From the NCBI RefSeq assembly GCF_004010195.1, contig NC_057751.1, forward strand, positions 2,178,434 to 2,242,433: a stretch of 64,000 nt of DNA, written 5' to 3'. Below the pieces are notes generated by a model, which worked only from the letters and a program-made list of their open reading frames with translations, made no database searches and had not been told where the DNA came from. The stretch is from Chiloscyllium plagiosum. Taxonomy: Eukaryota. Shown piece by piece: positions 39,862 through 53,009 of this stretch (its first letter is position 1; every line of letters begins with the position of its first letter). The translations under genes and the position numbers were made by a program.

Positions 39862-41665
39862 ATTTGATTTGATTTGAATCATTATTAACACATGTCAGAA
39901 ATATAGTGAAAAGTTTTGTTTTGCATGCAATACAGGCAGATGATAACAGACAAAGACCCAAAGGTCATTGGGTGTTTGAACAGAGCGAGGAATACAAAGT
40001 TACGGCTGCTATGAAAGTGTGCAAAAAGCAAGATCAATATTAGATTTGAAATTTGAAAGGTTCATTTAGAAGTCAAATAACAGCTGGTAAGAAGCTGTTC
40101 TTGAACTTGTTGGTATGTGTGCTTAAGCTGTTGTATCTTTTGCCTGACGGCAGAGTTGGAAGAAATTATATCGGGGGGGGTGGTTCTTTGATGATGTTGA
40201 CTGCCTTTCTGCAGCAACAAGTACAGATGGAGTCAGTGGATGCAAGGATGGGTTGCATGATAGTCTGGGCTATACTCACAACTTTCTGGAGTTTCTTATG
40301 GTTCTAGGGAAACCAGTTGCCATACCAGGCCGTGATGCATACGGGGTATGCTTTCCATGGTGCATCTGTAAAAGTTTGTGAGGGTCTTTTTGGGCATGCT
40401 GAATTTCCTTAGCCTCCTGAGGAAGGAGATACATTGTTGTGCCTTCTTGACTATCCCATCAATGTGGGTGGTCTTGGCCAGATTATTGGTGATCATTACT
40501 CCTCCGAATTTGATGTGCTCAACCATCTCCATCTCGGCTCCATTGCTGTAGAGAGGGGCTTGTCTTCCTTCTTGCTTTCTAAAGTCAATGATCAGCTCTT
40601 CAGTTTTATTGACATTGGGTGAAATCTTTGTATGACATCACCAAGCAATCTATCTTGACATTGTTTGGTTTCTGGTCTACAACGGTGGTGCCATCAGCGA
40701 ATTTGTCAATGGAGTTCTGACAGAACTTGGCAACACAGTCATGAGTGTACAAGGAATACAGTGAGGCAGTTGAGTATGCACCCTTGCACAGTGCTGATGT
40801 TGAGGATTGTTGGGGAGGAGGTGTTGTTTAATTTCCCTGATTGCAGTCTGTGGTTCAGGAAGTCAAAGATCCAATTGCAGAGGGAGGAGCAGAGACCAAG
40901 GTTTCGGAGTCTGACGATTAGTTTGGTTAGGATTGTCGTGTTGAAAGCGTAGCTGTAGTTCATAAGTAGAAGCCTGACATAGGTATCCTTATTATCCAGA
41001 TGCTGCAGGGACAAGTGTACGACGAGGGAAATGGTGTCTGCCATGGACCTGTTGAGCCGGTAGGCAAATTGCAAGTGATCGGGGCAGGTTGGGAGGCTCG
41101 AGTGGATGTTAGCCATGACTAACCTCTTGAAACACTTCAGAATGATGGGGGTCAGAGTCACTGGGTGGAAGCCATCGAGGCACAGTGCACATGTTTTCTT
41201 TGGTACTGGGATGATGATGCTCTTGTTGAAGCAGATGGGAACTTCAGACTGTAGCAAGGTGAGGTTAAAAATGTCAGTGAATAGTCAGCTGATCTGCGTA
41301 GGATCTGAGTGCACTGCTGGGGACTCCATCCGGGCCAGTTGCTTTCGCTGGGTTCACTCTCAGGAAGGCCTATCTGATGTCTGCAGTGGTGACTGAGGGA
41401 CCAGGTGCATCTGGGGCTGTTGGGGCAGGTGATATCATTTCAATGGCCTTTTCCTCAAATCAAGCATAAGAAGCATTAAGTGATTCTGGAAGAGATGAAT
41501 TTTTTGTCTGCGATTCTGTTCTGATTCAATTTGTAGCCCCTTATGTCGTGTATGACTTGCCACAGACGGCAGGTATCCGTGTGGTTAGTTTGGGTCTCTA
41601 ACGTACTCTGGTATTGCCTCTCGGCATCTCTAGGTTTCTTGCGAAGGTTGTATCTGGAATACCTA
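39862..41665 (-). mobile_element. Rex1/Babar-type LINE RT fragment with 3' end
   Basis: Minus ORF IIIPVPKK..HPVTLTPIILKCFKRLV..QFAYR.NRS..D.IS..H..L.HLD..TYVRLL..YS.AFNT and KKAQQ..FLRRLRKF; short (TCAAA)n tail. Confidence 0.88.
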
Positions 41666-41678
41666 TCAAGGACATATA

Positions 41679-42244
41679 CAGGGGAACCTCGATTATCCGA
41701 ACGTGATGGGCAGATAATCGATTAAATGCCTTTCCTCTGGGGCTCGGAGTTTTTTAAATCTGCTCCTCGTTCAGAAGACTGCAACAGCAAACAGTGCACA
41801 AGGCCCTGCCCCACTTTCCCCCGCCCGCCCCAACCCCGTACACACCCGCCCCTGGACTGGGCGCCAACAAGACTGCTGCAGTTGCCTTTATGGGGTAAGT
41901 CTCCAAATAGTGCGCACACACACAGCCACAGCCACAGATCTTTTTACCGCAACCTTTTGACAGGTTGCACCTTTGCTCTGTACAGGACAATGGTGGAGAG
42001 ATTATCGGGGGAAGGAAGGTTTACAGTTCACTCCTGTGTAGAACTCCAGGAAAAGTGTGGGGAGAGAGAGAGAGGGTGGGCAGACAGTCATTTGGAGACG
42101 GTGTCTGTTTAATCACTGTAAACAAAAGGCGCGATCGCTGTTGGAAAAACGTCTTTGATGTAATGTTTCCATCAGGACCTCGAGATCTCCTTCAGATAAC
42201 CCGATTTTCGGAAAATTGGTATTCGGATAATCGAGGTTCCTCTG
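41679..42244. mobile_element. Tigger/pogo-type MITE (same family as 24310-24846)
   Basis: TIRs CAGGGGAACCTCGATTATCCGAA / TTCGGATAATCGAGGTTCCTCTG with TA TSD; internal sequence shared with 24310-24846. Confidence 0.88.
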
Positions 42245-43062
42245 TATTATTGCCCATCCCTAACTGCCCTTCAGAAGGTGCCACCTTTAATCTTGTGGTG
42301 AGGATGCTCCTTGGGAGCTGTCAGGGAGTCAAATTCAGAATTTTTGACTAAGCTATATGAAGAAAGATTAACAGAATCATGGAATAATACAGGAGACTAT
42401 TTGGCCATAATCCTGGTACTGGTTCTTTCAAAGAGTGAGTCAATCAGTCTCACACCCCGACTACTCCCACAACCTTACAAAAAATGTTTCCTTCAAATTA
42501 CATATCCTAAGTTCTTTTGAAAGGCATTGTTGAATCAGAATGCAATATGGTGGAATCAGCTTGTCCTTAGCTTGTGTGCAGAAGTAGACCATACTGCTTG
42601 TCAAATCTGCTCCTCCATTCAGTACAATGGTGGCTGAACTTCAGCTTCAATTACACTTTCCCACACACTCCCATATCCCTGTTTCCCTGATAGATTTTAA
42701 AAAAGCCTGACGTGTACACAATAAATGTATACATAAAGTAGTAGTGTATACATAAGTGTCTAAGTCAAGGATTCCAAAATCTCTCAAGCCTTTTTGTAAA
42801 GTTTTTTTTAAACTTCTCAGGCTTACATAATTGACTCCTTCGCCTGATCATGTACTAAGCACGCCCCTCCCCTCAAACCTCGTGTTTTAGATTCCATCAC
42901 AGCAGAAATAACCTCTTACCCTCGACCCTGTCAAAATAATTTCAGAATTATTGACATTTTGGTAATATTGCCTCCATTTCTTCCAAATTCCAGAGAATAT
43001 GGACCCAATTTATTCAAAATATCATGATTGGACAACCCCCATACCCATGGAGCATTAGCATC

Positions 43063-43135
43063 ACGGAATTAGCTCAATTGATAGAGCTCACACGTAGCAT
43101 GTGAGAGGTAGTAGGATTAATGCCTACATTCTCCA
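43063..43135 (+). pseudogene. Degenerate tRNA-Ala(AGC)-derived sequence
   Basis: 73 nt colinear with vertebrate tRNA-Ala-AGC (GGAATTAGCTCAA..TAGAGC..TAGCATG.GAGAGGTAG..GGAT..ATGCC..CATTCTCCA). Acceptor stem and T-loop are mutated. Confidence 0.8.
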
Positions 43136-43137
43136 CT

Positions 43138-43209
43138 TCCCTGGTGGTCTGGTGGTTAAGATTCAGCGCTCTAACCTCTGTGATCTCGGTTCCATTCCTG
43201 GTTTGGGAA
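43138..43209 (+). pseudogene. Degenerate tRNA-Glu(CTC)-derived sequence (anticodon reads CTA)
   Basis: 72 nt colinear with vertebrate tRNA-Glu-CTC (TCCCTGGTGGTCT.GTGGTTA.GATTC.GCGCTCT.ACC...GGTTC.ATTCC.GGT..GGGAA). B box TTCGA is changed to TTCCA. Confidence 0.8.
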
Positions 43210-43212
43210 GTG

Positions 43213-43520
43213 AGGGCAGCATGATGGCTCAGTCATTCGCACTGCTGCCCCACAGTGCCTGGGACCTAGATTTGATTCCACCCTCAGGCGGCTATCTGTG
43301 TGGAGTCTGCACATTCTCCCTGTGTCTATGCACTTTTCCTCTGGCTGTTTTGGTTTACTCCCACAGTCAAAAGATGTGCAGGTTAGGTGAATTAGCCATG
43401 TGAAATGCAAGGTTTCATAATTGGATGAGGGTGGGGTTGGTCTGGTTGGGATGCTTTTCATAGGGACATTATAGATTCAATGCGCCGAATGGCATACTTC
43501 CGCGCTGTAGGGAGTCTATA
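43213..43520 (+). mobile_element. Older V-SINE copy
   Basis: GGCAGCATGATGGCTCAGT head and V-domain GTGTGGAGTCTGCACATTCTCCC. Confidence 0.85.
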
Positions 43521-43559
43521 AATTTTAGCAGTTCTGAGATAGGTACAGTTAGGATAGCA

Positions 43560-46372
43560 ACAAGTCAAACTGTCAGGGCAGGCAGGAAAAAGCAGAGAAC
43601 AAGGTGGAACTGATAAATTAAACTGAATTTACTTTAATGCAAGAGGTGTAACGGAAGACAGATGAACCCAGGGCATGGTAAGGAACATGGACTGGGATAT
43701 CATTGCAATTACAGAAATATAGCACAGGGATGGCAGCTTAATGTTACAGAATATGAGTGCCATAGGAAGGACAGAAAAGGGAGCAAGAATGGAGGAGGAG
43801 TGATAAGGGATAACATTATGGCTGTAGTTAGGGAAGATATTCCTGGGAATACATCCAGGGAAGTTATTTGCGTGGAACTGAGAAATAAGAAAGGGATAAT
43901 CATTTGATTGGAATTGTATTCTTGACCCCACCCAGCAGTCAGCAGGAAATTGAGAAACAGGTTTCTAAGGAGATCTTAGTAATGTGCAAGAATAATGAGG
44001 TGGTTATGGTCGGGGGTTTTTTAACTTTCCAAACATAGACTGAGACTGCCATAGTGTTAAGGGTTTAAATGGAAAGGAATTTAAGCTTGTACAGGAACAT
44101 TTTCTCATTTAACATATGGATGTATCTGCCAGAGAAAGTGTAAAACTTGACCTACTCTTGGGAAAGAAAACAGGAAAGTGACTGAGGTGTCAGTGGGGGT
44201 GCACTTTAGGGCCGAACACCATAATTTTATAAGTTTTAATGCAGTGGAAAAGGTGAGACCGGATCTCAAAATTAAAGTTCTAAATTGGAGAAAAGCCAAT
44301 TTTGACAGTATGAGGTAAGAACTTTCAAAGGTTGATTGGGGCTGGATGTTCACAGGTAAAGGGATGACTGGAAAATGGGAAGTCTTTAAAAATTAGATAA
44401 ACTGAGCCCAGAGACAGTACCTTCCTGTTTGGATGAAAGGCAAGGCTGGGGTTTTGAGCAAGGAAAAGAAAGAAGCATCCGTCGGGTATAGACAGCAGAG
44501 ATCGAATGAATCCTTAGACGAGTGAAAAGGCAGTCGGAGTACATTGAAGAGGGAAATCAGGAGGGCAAAAAGGGGACATGAGATAGCTTTGGCAAATAGG
44601 GTTAGGGAGAATCCAAGGGGACATTCAGGACAAAAGGGTAACTTGGAAGAGAATAGGGCCCCTCAAAGATCAGCAAGGCAGCCTACGGGTGGAACTGCAG
44701 GAGATGGGGGAGATACTAAATGAGTATTTTGCATCAATGTTTACTGTGGAAAAGGTCATGGAAGATAAATAATGTGGGGAAATAGACGGTGGCATCTTTA
44801 AAACGGAATAAGTGCTGGATGTCTTGAAATGCATAAAGGTGGATAAATCCCTTGGACCTGATCAGGTGTACCCGAGAACGCTGTGGGAAGCTAGGAAAAT
44901 GATTGCTGGACCTCTTGCTGAGACACGTGTATCATCGATATCACAGGTGAGGTGCTGGAAGACTGGAGGTTGGCTAATGTGGTGATACTATTTAAGAAAG
45001 ATGATAAGGAAAAGCCAGGGAACTGTAGAATGGTGAGCCTGACATTAGTGATGACCACGTTGTTGGAGAGAATCCTGAAGGAAAGGATGTACATGTATTT
45101 GGATAGGCAAGAACTGATTAGGCAGTGTCAACATGGCTTTGTGCATAGGAAATCATGTCTCACTGACTTGATTGAGTTTTTTGAAGATGGAACAAAGAGG
45201 AGTGATGAGGGTAGAGTGATGGACGTGATCTATATGGACTTTAGTAAGGCATTCGACAATGCTCCTCATGATAGACTGGTTAGCCAAGTTAAATTGCACG
45301 GAATACAGGGAGAACTCGCCATTTGGATATAGAACTGGCTCAAAGGTAGAAGATAGAGAGTGGTGGTGGAGGGTTGTTATTCAGACTGGACAACTGTGAC
45401 CAGTGGTGTGCCACAAGGATTGGTGCTGGGTCCACTGCTTTTATATAATTTGGATGTCAAAACAGGAGGGTAGTTAGTAAGTTTGCTGATGACACCAGAA
45501 TGCGAGGTGCAGTGGACAGCGAAGAAGGCTACCTTAGAGTACAATGGGATCTCGATCAGATGAGGAGTGGCAGATGGGGTTTCACTGAAATAAATGTGAG
45601 GCCCTGCACTTTGGAAAAGCAAATCAGAGCAGGACTTATACACTTAACGGAAAGGTCCTGAAAAGTGTTGCTGAACAAAGAGAACAGGTTCATAGTTCCT
45701 TGAAACTGGAGTCACAGGTAGATAGGACAGTGAAGAAGGCACTTGGTATGCTTGCCTTTATTGGTCAGTGCATTGAGTACAGGAGGTGGGAGGTCATGTT
45801 GCGGCTGTACAGGACATTGGTTAGGCTACTTGTGGAATATTGCATGCAATTCTGGTCTCCCTCATAGGAAGGATGTTGTAAAATGTGAAAGGGTTCAAAA
45901 AACATATACAAGGCTGATGCCATGGTTGGAGGGTTTGTGCTTTAGGGGGAGGCTGATGAGGCTGGGGCTGTTTTCCCTGGTGTCTCAGAGGCTGAGGGGT
46001 GACCTTACAAAGGTTTATAAAATCATGAGGGCACAGATAGGTTAAACAGACAAGATGTTTTCCCTGGATAGGGGAGTCCAGAACTAGAGGGGATAGGTTT
46101 AGGGTGAGGGGGGAGAGACTTAAAAGAGACCTAAGGAACAACTTTATCACTCAAAGGGTGATGCTTTTATGGAATGTGCTGCCACAGGAAGTGGTAGAGG
46201 CTGGAAAAATTACAACATTTAAAAGGCCTTTGGATGGATATATGAATAAGAAGGGATTAGAGGGATATGGGTCAATTGCTGGCAAATGGAACTAGGTTAA
46301 TTTAGGATAACAGGTTGGTGTGGACGAATTGTACAAGAGGGTCTGTTCACGTGCTATACATCTCTATGACTG
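43560..46372 (+). mobile_element. CR1 LINE ORF2 (APE + RT), degraded, with 3' end
   Basis: GGGV, VELRNKKG, DKSLGPDQVYPR, QHGFV, YMDFSKAFD, GVPQGLVLGPLLF remnants; tail CTCTATGACT. Confidence 0.93.
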
Positions 46373-46558
46373 TAAACATAGAGATGAAAACTGTACACAG
46401 TATTCTTCATGTAGTTTCATAAGGCCCTGTACAATTCTAACACCATTTCTCCATTTTTGTACTCCAATCCCTGTGTATTAAAGGCAACATAAGAGTTGCC
46501 TGCACTCATTGTGCAATCTCATAATTTAAAGATGAACTTTAAATAAAGCATTGACAGA

Positions 46559-46654
46559 GATTGTGATGAAGGGCTTATGCCCGAAATGTCAATTCTCCTG
46601 CTTCTTGGATGCTGCCTGATCTGCTGCGCTTTTCCAACACCACACTCTCGACAC
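46559..46654 (+). mobile_element. Family A Penelope-derived fragment
   Basis: GTGATGA-A-GGGC-TTAT-GCCC-GAAATGTC. 16-bp imperfect TSD at 46543-46558 and 46655-46670. Confidence 0.75.
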
Positions 46655-47321
46655 ATAAAGCACTGATAGACTGCCAGGGGCTGTAAACATCTACATGAGC
46701 ATCAGGCTGGGCTTCGTGGATAGGAGAAAGGAAGTCACATAAAGCGGCAGAAGAATCCCATTTTTAGACGTGCCAGTTCCCAGTGCCGTCCTATGATCTC
46801 TGATGGCAATAGTTCTGGGTGCAAACATAGCTTTTACATAACTGGCTGATAAATCATGTGCTGGTTCTTCTGGCAACTGACTGAACATATAAAATAACTT
46901 AGAAATATTATATTTTCTTGTATTCATAGTTTAGAAATAAGGCAATCATCTGAAGAAGCCTATACTCATGTTCATGTCTTGTGCTGGGGACTTCGCGAAC
47001 CAACTGAATTATGCTCCATAGGTGCTTGTCAATTATTCACAGATAATTTAATGATAATTGTAGATGTAAGATTTGTCTATAATCATCATCAGGCAAACAA
47101 TCAAACCAATCAAAGGGCTCAGAGAATTGAAGAAGTTGAGTTGAAGTTTTTAGTTAAAATGAACTAAAGCAAATGCTGGAAAACTCAACAGGTCTGACAG
47201 CATCTGTGATGGAAAAACCGTTATATTTTGGGCCTGCATAATTCTTTTCTTTGAGTTCTTCTTCTTGAGTTCTGAAGCAGTCTGGCCAAACTCAAAATGC
47301 AATCTCTATTTCTATTTCCAC

Positions 47322-47506
47322 AGATGTTGTGGTTGTGTTCGCCGAGCTGGGAATTTGTGTTGCAGATGTTTCGTCCCCTGTCTAGGTGACATCCTCAGTG
47401 CTTGAGAGCCTCCTGTGAAGCGCTTCTGTGATCTTTTTTCCGGCATTCATAGTGGTATACAAACCACTATAAATGCTGGAGAAAAGATCACAGAAGCACT
47501 TCACAG
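47322..47506. mobile_element. Penelope pLTR (family B variant) with hammerhead motif and terminal hairpin
   Basis: Minus strand GCA-CTGAGGA-T-GTCACC-loop-GGGGAC-GAAACATC-TGC with core at 47368-47398; inverted repeat 47413-47506. Confidence 0.8.
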
Positions 47507-50500
47507 CATATTCTTTGGTCATTTTCCACATTGCTGGTTTGGTGCCTGTGTTGTAGCTGTAGTGGAACTGCTTGTCTGTGGGCATGACAAATTCTCAAAC
47601 ACAAATCTCCAATATCAATGCCCAGTGTTGTCAGGATCCACAGCCTGTGTCATATCCAGCTCCTTCAGCTATTTCTTGATTTAATGATCCATGATGTCGG
47701 AAGCCAGTGAGGGATCAGATCTGGAGGAAGCTGAGATGGATCAGCCACTCAGCTCTTCTGGTTGAACATTGCTGCAAACATTGTACTTTGCACTCAGGTA
47801 CTGGGCTCCCCCTTCATTTAATTGTCCACCACCATCACACTTGCAGAGCTGAGATCTGATTCAATGATTATGGATTCATTTCACTCCACTTATCACATTA
47901 TCTTATGTGATTGCCATCTTCTTACAAGTTGCATGCAAAGAGCCCTCTGTTATAACTTTACTGGGTTGACACCTTGTTTACAGGTTTACCTGCTGCTGCC
48001 CTCCTGTCATCTTCATTGAATCCTGGTTGATCTTCCAGCTTGATGGCAAGAATAGTATGAGGAGTATGTCAAATGATGAGGTTACAGATTCTGTTAAAGT
48101 CAATTCTGCTGCTGTTGATAGGCAATAGCTCCAGATAGATTTGTTACAATCTGCGATATAAGTATGAAGTCTACTTTATTTAACATGGTGCTAGTGTCAC
48201 ATGTCCTGATGGGGGCTATCTTATCATAATGATGAAAATTTGTATCCATAATGACTATACAATGGTCACTCCTGCGAATGTTATGACAGACTTCTGCAAC
48301 TATAACAGGGTAATGATGAGGATGAGGTCAACTAGGTTTTTCTTTCATGTGGATTCTCTCAAGACCTGCTGTAGATCCAATCTGGCAGATGTGTACTTTG
48401 GGACTTAAGCAGCTTGTTACTCAGTCACTCTTAGTACCAGACATTGAAGTTTCCATACAGAGTACATTTTGCACCCTTGCCACCCTCAGTGCTTGCTCAG
48501 TAGAACTGCTTCAATACCTGAAGGATTTGGAAGTTGGACGGGTTAAACAGAACTGCTCCATAACCTGAAGGGTCTGGAGGTTGAGGGGCAGATGGCACTC
48601 TAGAAGGTTTCCAAGTCTCGGTTCAACCTGATGCTATTAGACTTCACAGCATCCAGCCATATTGAATGAAAAGGTGAATCAACCAAGCATATTTATTAAA
48701 TAATCATTATAAGTTAAAACTTGTTCTGTGAAGGTGTAGAATTTGTTAACATGCAACTTGTACTATGAAAGGATAAGTATATACTAGTCTCGATCCGATG
48801 ATACACATCAGGCAAAGAAAAACAGAAAAGTTGACTTTCTCAACAAAGGTTCACTGAAAAAGGAACACTTCAAGCCAATAAGCCTTTGTTCCTTATGGTA
48901 AAATAGTAAGGTTTGAGAGGCTCAGATGACTGTTGAGTTGATGTTCTGGCATGCAAAGACTAATGGTGTTGACCATGAATTCCCACTGAAGTCCTTTGCA
49001 AACACAAACTCTTGCACAGGCTTCTCAAGTAAAAGCAGCTGGCCCAGCATTCATATATACAATGGATCCACAAAAAGGGTTGCTTTCCAGAAATAGTAGA
49101 GCTGAGCTGGGAAAATTCTTCCTTTTGTCAGGCCTCTTGCCAACCGTCTCTCAATATCCAAACCAGAAACTGGAACCAGTCAATCAAAAACATAGCTCAG
49201 TGGTCTCCAGTAAATGAGCAATTATCACAAGACATGTGACTGCTAAGGAATTCACGTTCTCATGTCCTTTCATTGACCTCTTCAAACATAACAACCCAGA
49301 AATTCACAAAGTTACAAATTCAAATCCAGAAAAAAATATAAAATATGAGGCATTGCTAATAGCACGACCTCTACACTGACCTTCTAACTGTGCAATACTC
49401 CCTCAATTTGGATCTTCTGAACGTGCTGCACTCAGTACTCACCCATCAATAATTAGCCGCCTTCTCAGTACTGATCATCACCTATACAGCATTGAGCTGG
49501 TTGGGTATCTAGAATAATTTGGCTCTTTTTATTCTTGGTGATGTCCACACAAAAGCAAGTTACTTAAAGTCAATGTCAAGCCTTGTCATTGTGAACCTGA
49601 AGTCAAAACTGTTAGTTTGGGATTATTATTGCTAACCCTGCTGCATCTGGAAACACTGGTGTTATCACAGATGCTAGGTGTAACTTTTCAGTGAACAGGT
49701 TCTATAAATAGAAGATTTTTCAACTGCAATGTGTTTCTGGCATTCAAGCAGTAGCATTGAAATCAAAGAATATTTTCTGATTCATATCAACAGACAAAAT
49801 AAAACAAAAATAATTCTCAAAAATATTTCTCGCCTGGACAAACACTTGGGCAATTTGCACATTTTTATTCACAGATCTGAACCTGTGACAGGTTGTTTCT
49901 TCAGAAAGCATGCTGTTTACACATTTATTTCTATTTACTGATGACATAATTCACAGAGCAAAGCATCAACAATAATGTGCATTTATATCACACTTTTCCT
50001 GCAGTAAGACAGTCAATTTAGCTTCACAGGAGTGTCATGAAATGCGTTTTGACACTGCATCACTTCAGGAGACAAAGAGAGATACTTTTTAAGTAATGGC
50101 TTTGTTTCAATTTGTTTCTGGAATGCAACTGTTACTGTTCGGCCATCACTTACTGTTATGGTGGTGAATATGTTACTAAGTTTCTGTGGAGAACATGTTG
50201 GTAAGTTGCCTTCACAAACTGTTGCAGTCCATGTGATGAACGACAGTGCTGTGAGCAAGCGATTCAGATCAATTCCATCAATATTCAAATGAGTGAATGA
50301 TCTACATTGGATGTCAGTCTTCAGTCAATTTGATTAACTCGATGTGGTATCAAGAAATGGCTGGGCCAGTATTTACTGCCTATCCCTATTTGGCCTTAAG
50401 AAGGTGAGAGTGAGCTGCCTTCAAGACTTGCTACAATCCATTTGCTATAGGTAGACCCACAAAGCCATCTGGAGGGGAGTTCAGGATTTTGACCCAGTGA

Positions 50501-50900
50501 CACTGAAGCAACAGTAATATATTTCCAAGTCTAACTGTGCAGATATCTGCGTTCCCACATATTGTTGAGTTTGCCCATCTTGATGATAGTGGTCCTGAGT
50601 TTGCAATGTGCTGCCTGAACTCCCCTCCTAACAGCATTATGGGTCTAACATGTGGATTGGAACAAGGCAGCTCACTTTCACCTTCTCAGATCAAATAGAG
50701 TTAAGTAATAAATGCTGGCCCAGCCAGTGATATCCACATCCTGTGAATGAATAAAAAAGAATGAGCATGTGCATATTGCTCTGGGCTATGTCAAGCACAA
50801 AGTGATCTAATATGGACAAGTCCAACTACAAGTCTTTCTAGTCTAATGAGAAGAGTACTGCGGAGTAAACAATATGAAAATCATTACATTACAGCAACTA

Positions 50901-51074
50901 CAGAGGAACCTTGATTATCTGAAGGACAGGGGCAGGGAGTATTTCATTCGGTTAATCGAATTCCAGATAATCGAATGCCAGACAGGATAGTTTAGCCAAG
51001 CATTGGCACCTTGTGATTTTGCCAGATAATCTGAAATTCGGATAAGTGAATGCCGGATAATCGAGGTTCCTCTG
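50901..51074. mobile_element. Short Tigger/pogo-type MITE
   Basis: TIRs CAGAGGAACCTTGATTATCTG / CGGATAATCGAGGTTCCTCTG with TA TSD. Confidence 0.85.
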
Positions 51075-51820
51075 TATTTGTAGAATATGTGAATTAAATG
51101 AATATGACAGTATTAACAGCGAACTAGCTCATAGTCAGTCTTTACAAGTCTCCTTTTCTCTTCAACTAAGTCTCTGTGATATCATAAATGTAAGCAGTGC
51201 TCACTGCATTTAATCAAGTATTTATCCTTTCATGTGTCTCTTGAGGGAAATCTAAAGGTAATTGTGTTTCCAAGCACCTTGAACTGCTTGGAGTTGGAAG
51301 ATGTTGATTGCAACATGTTATCAGAACAATCTTGGAGAGCTAAAGAAGGAGAACATGAGATTTTGACAGGCAGGAAGTTTACGGAGGGAATTCCAGAATT
51401 TGAAACCCAGGCACCTGAAGACATAGCTGTGAGTAGTGGAGAGATGCAAATCAGTTTTCCAGAATTGGGACTGAGCAGGGCTGTGATGTATGTAAGTGTA
51501 TGTGTGCACACGCACAGGGCACAAGAGAATTCAACCACAAGGACGACAATTCGATATGTTAGAACAGAACAGTAGAATAAAATCAGAGCTGTGAAATCAG
51601 TGTATGGTGAGGTCTTGTGCCAACTTGCAAAGTTATTTTGCTCTCGGTTCACCAATGGTTGGTTTTAACTGAGTGAGAGGCTGGAAAACACGAGATCAAT
51701 GAGGTTGGAAAATGAAGCAATCAAGTCCTAATGAGGAAATTCTTTGCTCAGCTCTTCATTTATTTGCAAAAGACAACAACTAATGCATAGTGCTGGTATA
51801 CTTAACCAGACTGTCAAATC

Positions 51821-51945
51821 CTGATGAAGGGCTTTTGCCCAAAACGTCGATTCTCCTGCTCCTCAGATGCTGCCTGATCTGCTGTACATTTCCAGCACCA
51901 CACTCTCGACTCTAATCTCCAACATCTGCAGTCCTCACTTTCACC
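51821..51945 (+). mobile_element. Family A Penelope-derived element beginning at the hammerhead core
   Basis: CTGATGA-A-GGGC-TTTT-GCCC-AAAACGTC. TSD CTGTCAAATC at 51811-51820 and 51946-51955. Confidence 0.82.
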
Positions 51946-53009
51946 CTGTCAAATCACCATGCTGTGTCAGGAGAGAGTGTTAATAACACCAAGAGTAGAA
52001 TATTGCATCCCATAACTGTCTCCAGAGTGAAAACATCTGATCAGTTGGACTGCACAAAGTGCCTTTTATAATTGGCATTAAAACGGTGTTTTGAGCTAAG
52101 AATGCCTTTCGGGAACAATATGAATTTGTATTTCAAAGTCAGACCGGCAGCTCACTGAACACTATACAATTCTAGATATCAAATATACATCTTTTAACAA
52201 GAAGTGTAGATAATTTTGTGTTAAATACAAAGATGTATTTCCAAAAATTCCTGCACTATAAAGTCTGAGCACCGATACCTCTTTGAAAATGCAACAGATA
52301 CCCGCCATCTGCTCTCTGGGGAGCATTCTCATCTCTGTGCCAGAAAGCCGTACATTCAAGTCATGATAGTACAGTTAAGCACCTTATGCAGGCTGACACC
52401 CTACTCCAGTGCTGAGGAGTTGTTGAACTGTTAGTGATTGCACTTTTTTGTAGGAAACTTTAAAATGGGTTTCTGACTGTTTGTTTACGTCTGCCTCATG
52501 TTCTTGGCCAATTCTGATCCCTTAATCTCTTTGTTTTGAGGCACCATCCAGGAAGAGGGCACCTGGTACCCATGGACTTCTATCTTAACCTTGCTGTAAA
52601 GGCTTGGAACATTTTTCTCAGTGGTAGATTCAGACATCTGCAAGCTTTTTAAAAAAAGGCTGGGTTTTGTCTACGTTGATCTCTTTTGTCATTAGCGTTG
52701 GACTTTCTAAAGTGTGAGATCTTACCATATTGCCAGGAAAATCCATAATGCCTGCTAGATATCAGGCAGCAGAGTCCTTTTGATCTCAGATTTCACTTGT
52801 ACCTCTTCACTTATCCCAGATATCTCCATTCTACACCTCAAAAACCACAGCTCTGCAGCCTCTATTCTAATGTGCCTTGTCTCACTAATTGTCCAATTCT
52901 GGCTTCAGTCTTTCAAATGTTGTATGATGAAGCAAGGGTTGAGCTTTTTATTATTTGATATGATCTTGCATTCTGCCATCCTTCAATTAAAATCAATCCA
53001 AAGAAAGGC

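Noticed and set aside
51230..51655. Overlapping 113-141 aa ORFs
   Set aside because: No recognisable domain or splice context; probably chance ORFs in degraded repeat.
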